Assembly: GCA_014905635.1 (NCBI GenBank)
Contig: JABVCE010000015.1
Coordinates: forward strand, 248,001-312,000
DNA length: 64,000 bases
Direction: 5' to 3'
From: Scenedesmus sp. PABB004
Lineage: Eukaryota
This document shows, piece after piece, positions 32,779-42,866 of this stretch. The position numbers and the translations under genes are program-made. Position 1 is the first letter of the stretch. Each line of letters opens with the position of its first letter. Below the pieces are notes generated by a model. It was given only the letters and a program-made list of their open reading frames with translations, ran no database searches and had not been told where the DNA came from.

Positions 32779-34143
32779 TCACTGCACGGGCAGCAGCTGC
32801 AGGAGCTGGTCGTGCAGCACCGCCTGCATCTGCTGCACGCGCACGAGCTGCTGCAGCCGGCCCTGCGCCGCCGCGCTCAGCGGACCGCTCGGTGAGCGGC
32901 GCACGCGGCCGGCCGGCGCCTGGTGCTGCAGTGAGCCGAAGGTCATGCTTCGACTCACCGCCCGGTGCTGGCGCGCCGCGGCCGCGTGCTGCGCCAGCGC
33001 CCACGCGGGGCGCTCGGGCGCGGGCGCCGCCCAGGCAAACGCGCCGGCCGCGGCGGGGCCGTGCAGCAGCGCCGCCGCCTCGGCGGTGGCGAGCTCCTGC
33101 TGCAGCGAGGCCTTGGCCGCCAGCGCGCGGCGCATCGCTGCGCCGTGGTTGCACCGCGCCGCGTCGCACGCCGCCGCCGCGGCGCTGCCGGGCGACGCGG
33201 CGCACGCCGCCGCCTCGAGCTGCTTGCCGAGGTGCAGCAGCTGCTGCAGCTCGCTCTCGAGCAGGCACAGCGCTGCGCGCTGCTGCTGCATGGCCGCCTG
33301 GCTCGCCGTGGCCTTGAGCTGCACCGCCGCGGCGCCGTGCCCGAGCGGCGGGCGCGGGAGCGGGCAGCTGGCGGGCGGCAGCCCCGGCTGGGGCGACCGC
33401 GCGCCGGCGCCGAAGCTGCCCGTGCCCGCCACGCCGCGGCCGGCCGCCAGCTGGAGCAGGGAGCAGCCGCGCGCCAGCAGCGAGGCCAGCGGCGGCGAGT
33501 GCTCAGGCGAGCCCGACGGCAGCGCCAGGCAGGGGAGCGGCATGCTGTGGGCCGGCGCGCGGCCGGCGCAGCCGCTCGCGGCGCGCGCGGCGCCGGCGCC
33601 GCCGGCGCTGGGCGCCGGCAGCCACCAGTCGTCCGACAGCGCGCTCGCCTGGCTGTCCTCCGCGGCGCTGCAGCTGGTGGCGCTCTCAAAGTCCGCCACC
33701 GCCATGGCCGCGTCGACGCTGCCCTGGCTGAACACGGGCTCCAGCTGCATGCTCGCGCTGCGCTCGGCGGGGCGGCGGCGCTCGCCGGCGGCGCCGCCGT
33801 GGTGGTGCCCCCAGGTGCTGAAGCTTGCCAGGCTGGGCGCCGGCGCGGCGCCCGCGTCCTCCAGCAGCGCCTGCAGCGACAGCGCGTGCGCCGCGTGCGC
33901 GGCGAACGGGCCGAGCTCGGCGGCGCGCGCCGCGCGCGACGCCCCGCCGCTCGCGCCGCGCTCCAGCGGCGATCGCGCCCGCGAGCCGGGCGGGCTGCGC
34001 GGCGGCGAGCGCGGCGGGGCCGAGGCGCCCGGCCAGGCGCCGGCTTCGCTGCCCGCGGAGGAGGAGCCTCCGCTCATGCCACTGCTCGTGCGCGCCAGCG
34101 GCGGGCGCGAGCCCGCCAAGATGGAGCCGCACAGCTCCGGCAT
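32779..34143 (-). CDS. Hypothetical low-complexity Ser/Ala-rich protein with Gln/Leu coiled-coil segments (454 aa, single exon)
   Basis: Open frame with coding-like composition (SLASFSTWG, LEPVFSQGSVD, LSDDWWLP, LCLLESELQQLLHLGKQL); no recognisable domain, start uncertain. Confidence 0.5.
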   Translation of the reverse strand: MPELCGSILAGSRPPLARTSSGMSGGSSSAGSEAGAWPGASAPPRSPPRSPPGSRARSPLERGASGGASRAARAAELGPFAAHAAHALSLQALLEDAGAAPAPSLASFSTWGHHHGGAAGERRRPAERSASMQLEPVFSQGSVDAAMAVADFESATSCSAAEDSQASALSDDWWLPAPSAGGAGAARAASGCAGRAPAHSMPLPCLALPSGSPEHSPPLASLLARGCSLLQLAAGRGVAGTGSFGAGARSPQPGLPPASCPLPRPPLGHGAAAVQLKATASQAAMQQQRAALCLLESELQQLLHLGKQLEAAACAASPGSAAAAACDAARCNHGAAMRRALAAKASLQQELATAEAAALLHGPAAAGAFAWAAPAPERPAWALAQHAAAARQHRAVSRSMTFGSLQHQAPAGRVRRSPSGPLSAAAQGRLQQLVRVQQMQAVLHDQLLQLLPVQ

Positions 34144-35308
34144 TCAGTGGATCGGGACCTCACGCGCGACCGCGCGGGCGGCGGCCGGCTGGGTGAGCCG
34201 GGCCACGCGCCGTCTGGTCGCGAGCCCCTGCGAGCGCGCACCGCGGCGCGTGAGGCTCGCGCCTCCCCGCGACGGACGTCCCACGCCGCTAGCGAAGGCC
34301 GGGGAGGGCCGCGCGAGCCTTCCGGAAGCCCGCGTCGCGCGTGAGGCCACGCGCCCCCGGCGCATCCCGCGGGCCTACCTGGAGAAGCGACGCCGGCGGT
34401 CCTAGCGCGCCGCGACGGGTGGTGCGCTCGTGGCCGGTGGCTTGTGCCGGATCAGCGCCCCGCTACGGTGCCCCAAAGCTGTCACGTCTACTTCGCGCGG
34501 CGTGTCTGAGCGTGCTCGCAGACGTGGAGCATGCTCGGAGGGCTTCTACAGTCGCGACGCATTGCTGTGGCGAGCGCGCCGGGCCGGGCAGGGCTGCACC
34601 GAGCGGCGCGGAGGCTCTCAGCCCTGTCACCTGAGAGAACCTCACTATGAATTGGTCGTGCGCCGCGCCCGGGCTTCGCCTGGCCGCCTCGCTCCGTCCA
34701 AGCTGTCGGACGAGCGCCAGACGCACGTTGCGCGGCCGGCCGGGGCGCTTTCGAGCCACTGGACGCTGATCGAGGCTCGATTTGAGAGCCAAGTCGCGTG
34801 CGTGCGGCGCTCACCTGCCGCCCACGGGGCCACCGGGGCGCGACATTAGCGCCGCCGCAGACCTGGTGGCGGTGAGCGGGGGCTGGGCAGGCGCGGCGGC
34901 GGCGCGCGCGCTGCGGTGGCGGGGCGGCGCAGCGCGGCGGCGCCTGGAGCCATGTCCTGCTGTGCAGCTGTGCGCGGTGTGCGCAAGAGCAGCGCACCAG
35001 GCGCAGCCACCACAGCGCTGGCATCCACACCACCGCACCGCGACGCGGCGCGCGGCGGGCTGGCTGCAGCAAGCGCGCCCGCCGAGCCAGCCCGCAAGGG
35101 AGCTGGCCCCGTCCGTCAAACAATCACCAGCCGCCAGCTGGTGGCTGGCGGCTGGCCGCAGGCTGCTGCCGGGCGTACCGCGATGAGGCGGCAGGCGGGC
35201 GGGCAGCAGAACGCGGCGGCCGCTGCTGCGCCGCCCCGCGGCTTCTGGCCGCCCGCGGCGCCTCCCCGCCAGTCGCACTGCTCGAGTTGGTTGCGAACAC
35301 GGGACAGG

Positions 35309-37896
35309 ATGCTGCAGCTCCCCGCGCAGGCCGCGCCGTGCGCCGCGCGGGGGCCGGCGCGGCGTGCGCGCGTCGCGGCCGGCGCCACCAGCGGGCGCGG
35401 CGGCTATGGCGACTCTGGACTCATTCTGGGGCCCAACTCCGGCAACACCGGACCGCCGGGCGGGGCTGCGGGGCGCCCCAGGGGCCTCATACTGCCGGGT
35501 GGCTCCGGGCAATTCGGCGCCAGCCCCGGGCGGCCGCGGCCGGGCATTGGCCTGTCCGAGGACGGCCCAGGGGGTGCCGGCGGCGGCGCGGTGCCCAACA
35601 AGTACCGCCCGCCGCCGGGCTTCATGAACGCCGACGCGCAAGACCCGGCGGCGAGCGCGCTCGACCCGCAAGAGATGCTGTCGAAGCTCCGCGCCGGCGC
35701 GGGCCACTGGCACGCCCTGGCCAAGTTCCTGCCCGTGCTCTACGCCAAGGGGCTCGACACCAACGCCGTCGCGGAGCTCACCGGCATCAACCCGGTCGAC
35801 CAGAACCGCTGGGTCGTCGCAGGCACCGTGTACGACTCCATCGCCGCCACGGGTGCGCGCGCCGCAGCAGCAGGGCCGCGCGGGCCGCGCCGCGCGCGTG
35901 GCCGGCGCCACGACGACCGCGGCAGCAGGGCGGCGGGGGCCCGCCTCACGCGCCGCCGCGCCGCCGTCGCCGCCGCAGGCCAGGTGCCGGAGCCGGTGCT
36001 GCGCTTCTTTGACGCCGGCGGCGACGAGCTGCTCTATCACTTCAGGTGCGCGCGCCGCCCTGCAAGCGCCGTCCCGCGGGCCCCGCAGCGCCTGCCCGCG
36101 GGCGGCCCGCGCGCGGCCTGCAGGCTGCTGCCAGCAGCGCGGAGCCGCGCGGAGCCTCGTGCCCCGCGGCGCCGACGCGCGGGCCGCGACACGCCCGCGC
36201 CCGCCCGCGGCACGCGCCGCAGGTTCCTCGCGGCCGAGCGGCGCGCGGCGGCGGCGCAGTATGTCGTGGCCAACGGCCTCGACGACCAGGTGCGGGCGCG
36301 CGCGCCCACAGTGGGCCGGCGCCGCGTCAGCACGGCGCGCCGCCGCCGCCGCCGCCGCGCCCTCGGCCCGGCGCGCGCTCACGGCCGGCCGGCCGGCCGC
36401 CGCCCGCCCGCCGCCGCGACCGCCGCTTTCGCCGCGCCCGCGCGCGCGCAGCAAAGCGAGGTGCTCGCGCGGGCGATGAAGGAGTGGGACCGGCGGCCGG
36501 GCGAGCGCGCGGGGTTCAGCGAGTCGCCGGGGGACTGCATGGCCTTCAAGTTCCTCCGCGACGTGAGCGAGCGAGCTCCTGCGCGCGCGCGCGCGCGCGC
36601 AGCGGGGCGGCCAGGCGGCGCGACGGCGCCCCACACGCGCGCGGCGCCGCGGCGGCGGGGGGGCTCGGCGCCGGGCGCGCGCCCGCTCGGGGCGGGGCTG
36701 GCGGGGCGGGCGCGTGCTTGTGCCGACTGCTGCGCCGACCGCCGCGCCGCGGCGCGCGCGCAGGCGGTTGAGTGCCGCTTCCCCGAGGACGCGGCGGAGA
36801 GGGTGCAGCTGGCGCTCGCGGCGGCAGACACCGACGGCGCGCGCGCGCGGCTGGAGGAGTGGCAGGCCTCGGAGCTCGCGCAGCGCGCCGAGGCCGCGGC
36901 GGCGCCGCTCGCGAGCCGCGCGGTGCTGATGGTGCTGCGGCTGTCGCAGGACGAGCTGGGCTTCAGGTGCGGCGGGCGGGCGGCGCTGCGCGGCGCTGCG
37001 CGGCGCGGCGCGGCGGCGGGCCCGTGAGCGGCAGCGCGCGCGGCCGCCGCCCGCGCGCCCACCCGTGCCCGCCCGCCCCCCGCATCCTCGCGCGCGCCGC
37101 AGGCCGCTGCCGCAGGTCAGCCCGCTGCAGTCGCTGGGCGCGGAGGAGCTGCTGGCCGCGCCGGGCACGACGCAGGAGGGCGCGTTTGGAGCGTTCAACA
37201 TGCCGGTGCGCGCGGTGGCGGGCCCGCCGAGGGTGGCAGCCCTCCGCCCGCGCGCCCCGCGCGCCGCCGCCGCTGAGCCGGCGCGCCGCTGAACGAACCG
37301 CCCCGTTGCTCGACTGCCCCGCGGGCCCGCCAGGCGACCGACCGCGGCCAGAAGTGGGTCGCGCTGCCGCAGTGGAAGGCGCTCGCGCTCGCGCGGCACC
37401 CGGTCGCCATCCCGCTCGCCGACTGCGCGGCGGAGCCGTCGGTGCTCGCGGCGAGCCGCGCCAAGGTGTGCGCGCGCGCGGGGCCTCTCGACGCGAGGCC
37501 GGCGCCGCCGCCCCCGCCTGCCCGCGCGCCCGGCGGGCCCCGCCTCTCAAACTCTCGCGCGCGCGCCTGGGCTCACCTGCACACACACGCACGCACTCAC
37601 ACCCGCCCCCTGCCCGCGCGGCGCAGAGCGAGGAGGAGAAGAAGCGCCTGACCGGCGCGGGGCTGCTGGTCGTCGACACCGCGCCGCCGCCAGGGCCGCT
37701 CGACCCGGCGGGCTTCTACCTGGTGGCCGCGCCGCCCGGCGGCGGCGGCGGCGGGCCGTCGCTCGCGCTCGTGGAGGGCGCGCGGCTGCTCGCCGAGCCC
37801 GGCGGCGGCGGCGCGCCGGTCGCGGCCGCGCTCTTCCTCTGCCGGCCGCCCAACCGCGAGAGCTCGATCACGAGCGCGGAGCTGCTGCAGCTCTGA
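35309..37896 (+). CDS. RAF1: Rubisco accumulation factor 1, chloroplast precursor; multi-exon
   Basis: KYRPPPGF, LRAGAGHWHALAKFLPVL, AELTGINPVDQNRWVVAGTVYDSI, GDELLYHFRFL, LARAMKEW, GFSESPGDCMAF, KWVALPQW, GLLVVD and ALFLCRPP. Confidence 0.92.
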
Positions 37897-38283
37897 GCGC
37901 GCGGCGGCGCGCGCGCGGTGTGTAACGAGAGCACGCGGCGGCGGCGCGAGCCTCGCGGTGGCGCGGCCAGGCGGCGGCCAGGGCCTCGGAGCTGCCGGGG
38001 GAGGGCAGCCTGTGCCTGCCGGCGGCGCGCCGCGCGACCGCCCGCCTCCCTGCTGGCGCGGCGGCGGCCCGTTCGGGGCGCCCTGTGCATGCGCGCAGAG
38101 CTCCCGGCAGAGCGGCCACACTCTAGGGCAGCCTGAGCGACCTGCAGCGCGCTCCGCGTCTGGTGGCGCGGCTAGCGTGAGTGCGCCGGCTCCGGGCGCC
38201 CCCTGCCGTGCCCGCGCCGGCTCCCTCATGGCCCCGCGACAGCCGTAGATCGCGGCAGCTGTGGCCGGCCGGCCAGCGGCGCC

Positions 38284-41200
38284 ATGCGGCGCGCGGGGGC
38301 GCTGGTGCTGCTCGCGGCCCTGCTGCTGCGCCTGGCGGGCGCGGCGGCCCACGGCCACTACTACGCGCTGCCGCTGGAGGTCGAGCATGGAGCCATCGTG
38401 CGCCGGGGACGGTCGCTGCTGGAGGCGGGCAAGCTGGACATGGACGGCAGGTGCGGGTGCCGCCGCTGCTGCCGCTGGCGCGCGCCCGGCCGCCGCCGCC
38501 GACCGCCGACCGCGCCGCCGCCCGCCCCCACAGCGTGCGCGTGGGCTACTTCTACGCCACGCTGCAGCTGGGCACGCCGGGCAAGCCCTTCCACGTGATC
38601 GTCGACACCGGCAGCACGGTCACGTACGTGCCCTGCGCCGACTGCGGGCCGCGCTGCGGGCGCCACGACGGCGACCCGTTCGACCCCGCCGCGTCCGCCA
38701 CGGCGGCGTGGGTGGCCTGCGGCGAGCCTGTGTGCCACAGCCGCGGCGGCGTGTTCTTCTGCGACCGCGACGGCGGCAGCGGCGGCGACGAGGGCGAGGG
38801 CGACGGCGACGCATACGGCGACGACAGCGACGGCGAGGACGACAGCAGCGGCGGCGGCGGCGGCGGCAGCAGGGGCGAGGCGGCGGCGACGTGCGCGTAC
38901 CGAATCTCGTACGCGGAGCGCAGCAGCAGGTAGGCCATGGGTGTGGCGCCGGCGCCGGCGCGCCCGCGCCGCGCCGAGCAGCCGCGCCGAGCAGCCGCCG
39001 CCGCCGCCGCCGCCGCCGCGCGCAGCGAGGGCCGGCTCGTGCGCGACGTCTTCGCCTTCCCCGGCGGCGGGACGCGCGTGCCGGTCACGTTTGGCTGCGA
39101 GCGCGGCGAGACGGGCGAGATCTTCAAGCAGCGCCCCGACGGCATCGCCGGAATGGGGTTCAACCCGGGCGCGCTGCACGCGCAGGCGCGGACGCGGACG
39201 CCCCGGCGCCCGCGCGGCGGTGGCGGACGCGGCGGCGGCGGCGCGGACGCGCCACGCGGTGCGCGGCCCTGTCCTGCGCGCGCCGACGCCCGCCGACGCC
39301 TGCCCGCCTGCCGCGCGCGCAGCTCGCGGCCGCGGGCGCGATCCGGCACGTGTTCAGCCTCTGCTTTGGCTTCCCCTCGGGCGGCGCGATGCTGCTCGGT
39401 GCGCCGCGGCCGCCGCCGCCGCCACCTCGCCACGCGCCGCGCTGCGCCGGGGGCCGCCGCTGCCGCGCCGCGCTGCCTGCGGCACCGTGCCCAGCGCGCG
39501 CCGCCACACGGTCGCGCCCGCGCCGCAGGCGACGCGCCGCTGCCGGGCAACCCCACGCTCTCGTGGACGCCGCTCACCGCGAGCGGCTGGGGCGACTTTT
39601 TCTCGGTCGGCGTGCAGGTGCGCGCGCGCGCGGGCACGGGCAGCTCGCCCCGCTCCTTTCTCAACGCCCGCACGCCCCCCGTCCCCCTCCCCCCCCCCCC
39701 CCCAACCACCACCACCGCCACCGCCACCGCCACCGCCGCCGCCGCCGCGCCAGGCGCTGTCGTTTGGTGGCGCGGCCCTGCCCGTGCCGGCGGCCGCGTG
39801 GGGCCGCGGCTACCGGACCGTGCTGGACAGCGGGACGACCTTCACATACCTGGTGACCCCCGCGTACGCCGCGTTTGCGGCCGCCGTGCGGCGCGCCGCC
39901 GCGGCGGCGGGGCTGGCGCCGGCGACGGACGCGTACGGCGACGCGTGCTGGTCGGGCGCGCCGCCCGACTGGGGCGGCGGGCTGCGCGCCGCGTTCCCCG
40001 ACGCGGCGCTGTTGCTCGACGGCGGCGCCGTGCTGTCGATGCCGCCGCACCGCTACCTCTTCCAGGTGGGCTTGGGGGGCCGAGGGTGTAGGGGGTCTGA
40101 GGGTTCAGCGCGGGCGTGGACCGAGGGGCGGGAGGGGGTCCCGCCAGGGGCGCGTGGCGCTGCGTGGTGCCTGACCCGCCCCCGCCCCGCTGCCGCCGCC
40201 GGCGCTGGCGCCGGCACCGCCCGCGCAGCTGTCGCGCAAGGGCACGTACTGCCTGGCCGTCTTTGACAACGGCGAGGCGGGCAGCCTCATCGGCGGCGTC
40301 GCGACGCGCAACGTGCTCGTGCAGGCGCGCCGGCCCGCGCCGGCCCGCGCCGCACCGGCGCGCGCGTCGGCGCGCGCGCGCTCGTGCGCGGGGCAGCACA
40401 GCGCGGCCGTCCGCCGCCGCCGCCGCCGCTGCGTTGACCCCGCGTGCGTCGACCGCCGTTCACTCGCCCTCTGCCCCACACAGTACGATGTGGAGCGGCG
40501 GCGTGTGGGCTTTGCCGACGTGGACTGCCACGCGCTGGGCAAGCTGCCGGCCAGCACGGTGCGCCGCGCGCGGCGCGCTGCCGCTGCTGCGGGGCCAGCG
40601 CCCGCGCGCGCGCGCGGCGCGCCGCCCACCCGCCGCCGCGGCCGCCGCCGCCGCCGCAGTTTGCCCTGCCGCACGTGGCCAACGCCTCTGCGGCGGCCGC
40701 CGCGCCGCCGCAGCGCGAGCAGCAGCAGCTGCCGCCCGCGGCGGCCGCGGCCGCGGTCGCGGCCGGCGCGCTGCCGCTGTGGCCGGCGGGCGAGGGCGAG
40801 GCGGCCGGGCGGGCGACCGACGGCGCGCCCGACGCTGCGGCGGTCGACGTCAGGGCCAAGGCGGCGGCCACGGCGGCAGCAGTGATGTCGGCCGGCGCGA
40901 AGAGCGGCGCCGGCGCGGAGCAGCTGCCAGCGTCGCCACCACCCGGCGACGATACAGCGGCAGTCGCAGCGGCGGCGGCTGGGACGGCCGCAGAGCCAGC
41001 AGCGGCGGCTGCTGGCGAGCCTGCCGCGCCCGCGGCGCCGGCGGCGGGCGAGCCGCCGGCGGCGGCAGCCGCCGCAGAGGGGCCCGCGGCGCCTGCTGCG
41101 AGCGGCGACGCGGCCCCGGCGGGCGAGCCCGGCGCCGGCGAGCATGTGACGAGCGCGGCAGTCGCTGAGAGCCTGCTCGTGCCCAGCGAGGCCGGCCCCG

Positions 41201-42135
41201 CGGCGGCGGGGGCGGCCAACGCCTCGGACGCGGCCCCCGCGCCCTCGCCCTCGCCTTTGCCGGCGCCCTCGCCGGCGCCGGCGCCGGCGGCCGCGGAGCC
41301 GCTCCCCCTCAAGGTGCACTGGGGCACCGGCAGCGGGCAGATCCTGGCCGGTGGCGCCGCGGACGGCCGCGTCGGCAACGCCTCGGGCGCCGCGCCCGGC
41401 GGCAGCGGCATGATCGGCGGGCCCGCCGCGGGGGCCGGCGGCGGGGCGCCGGCGCTGGCGCTTGCGGGGTTCGTCCTGCTCGGCCTGCTGGCACTCGCGG
41501 GCGCGGGCGCGCTCGCGGTCGCGCTGCGGCGGCGGCAGATCAGGGCGGCCGGGTTCAGCCAGGTCGCAGGCACCGAGGCCGACTGCGAGCTCGCCGGCAT
41601 CGTCAGCCGCTCTCGGCCGGCGGTCTACAGCAGCAGCAGCAGGCCCGGCAGCGGCGACGGCTCCAACGGCGGCGGGGCGGGCGGCGGCGGCGCGGCCGCG
41701 GTCGCGGCCGCGGCCGCGGCGCAGGCGTCCTACAGCTACAACAGCCGCTCGGGGGCGGTGCCCGGCGGCGCCGCCAAGGCGCGGCCGCTGCTCGCGCCGG
41801 CGGGGCCCGGCAGGGGCGCCGCCGCCGGCGACGGCGCGGGGGCCGCGCCGCGCGACGCGGTCAAGTCGCCGGGCGACGGCCGCGACCAGGCGCCGGGCGG
41901 CGCGGGCGGCGCCGCCGCCGCGCCGGTGCTGGCGCTGGCGCCGCCGCCGGGGCCGGCGCGCGCGCAGCAGCCGCAGCCGCAGCCGCCGCCGCACGCGGCT
42001 GTGTTCAGCCTGGACCACGACGAGGACGGCAGCGCGGGGGACCAGGCGGGGGCGCAGCCGCCCGGCGGCGGCGCGGGCAGCAGCCGGCTCGCGCCGGCGC
42101 CCTCCTCGGACAGCATGGAGCTCATCTCCTTGTAG
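38284..42135 (+). CDS. Secretory-pathway A1 (pepsin-like, A1B/plasmepsin V-type) aspartic protease with Ala/Pro-rich stalk, C-terminal TM helix and cytosolic tail
   Basis: Signal peptide MRRAGALVLLAALLLRLAGAAA; GYFYATLQLGTP, catalytic IVDTGST and VLDSGTTFTYL, CADCGPRCGRH insert, SYAERSS flap, YDVERRRVGFA; TM LALAGFVLLGLLALAGAGALAVAL followed by RRR. Confidence 0.93.
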
Positions 42136-42866
42136 CGCCAAGGGCAGGCGAGCTGTGTGTAAGCGTGTGGCCCCCGCGCGTTTGTTTCGCAGCCGGCTGC
42201 CCGCCCGCCGCGCGGCTCGCCTGCGCGGCAGCGGCAACGCCGCGCGCCGCCCCCGCTGCCGGCTGCGCCGCCAGCCTGCGCCGCGCACGGGCTGCAGCGC
42301 ACCTGCCAGCGTCGCTCCCAGGCGCCCCCGCGCCCGGCTGAGCCTCCGCGGTGGCGCGCACGGCGCAGAGTCAGACCCGGCCGCGCCGCTGCTTCGGAGG
42401 TCCGAACCAGCCCGACCTGCGGCGCCGCGGCGCGTGAGACCGGCGCAGCGAGTGCCGCGGCGCCCACCCGTGCTGGCCGCGCGGAGCGGGGCGGCCAGGC
42501 GCGGCCGGGGCGGCCGCGCGGCGCCGACAGACTGGCGCGCCGACAGCCCAGTCCGCCTGGCGGCCCGCCCGACCCGCAGGTGGGCCATAAGATGGTCCGT
42601 GCGCGCGCTCTCTCCAGGCGCCGCGCGCCTTCATCACCCCCCGCGGCCCAGATTGCCGCCGCCTGCACACAGCGCATCGCGAGCAGCCCTCACCGCGCCC
42701 CCTGCAGCGTCAGCCCCCGCCGCACCCGCCCGCTGCGCCCGCTCCCGCCTCGATCCGCGCCTCGCCGAGCTCCCTGCGCCCCCCATCCCGCCGGCAGGGG
42801 CCCGCGCGCAGCGCAGCGCTCGCGGCCCAGCCCCCTCTCTCAGCGCACCACGCCAGCCGCCCCAGC

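Noticed and set aside
34811..37399. 862-aa minus-strand ORF and similar long Arg/Ala/Pro ORFs (e.g. 18640-21033, 23210-25642, 26129-28522, 40105-42588)
   Set aside because: Stop codons are rare at this GC content; these are shadows of real genes or introns with no domain signal.
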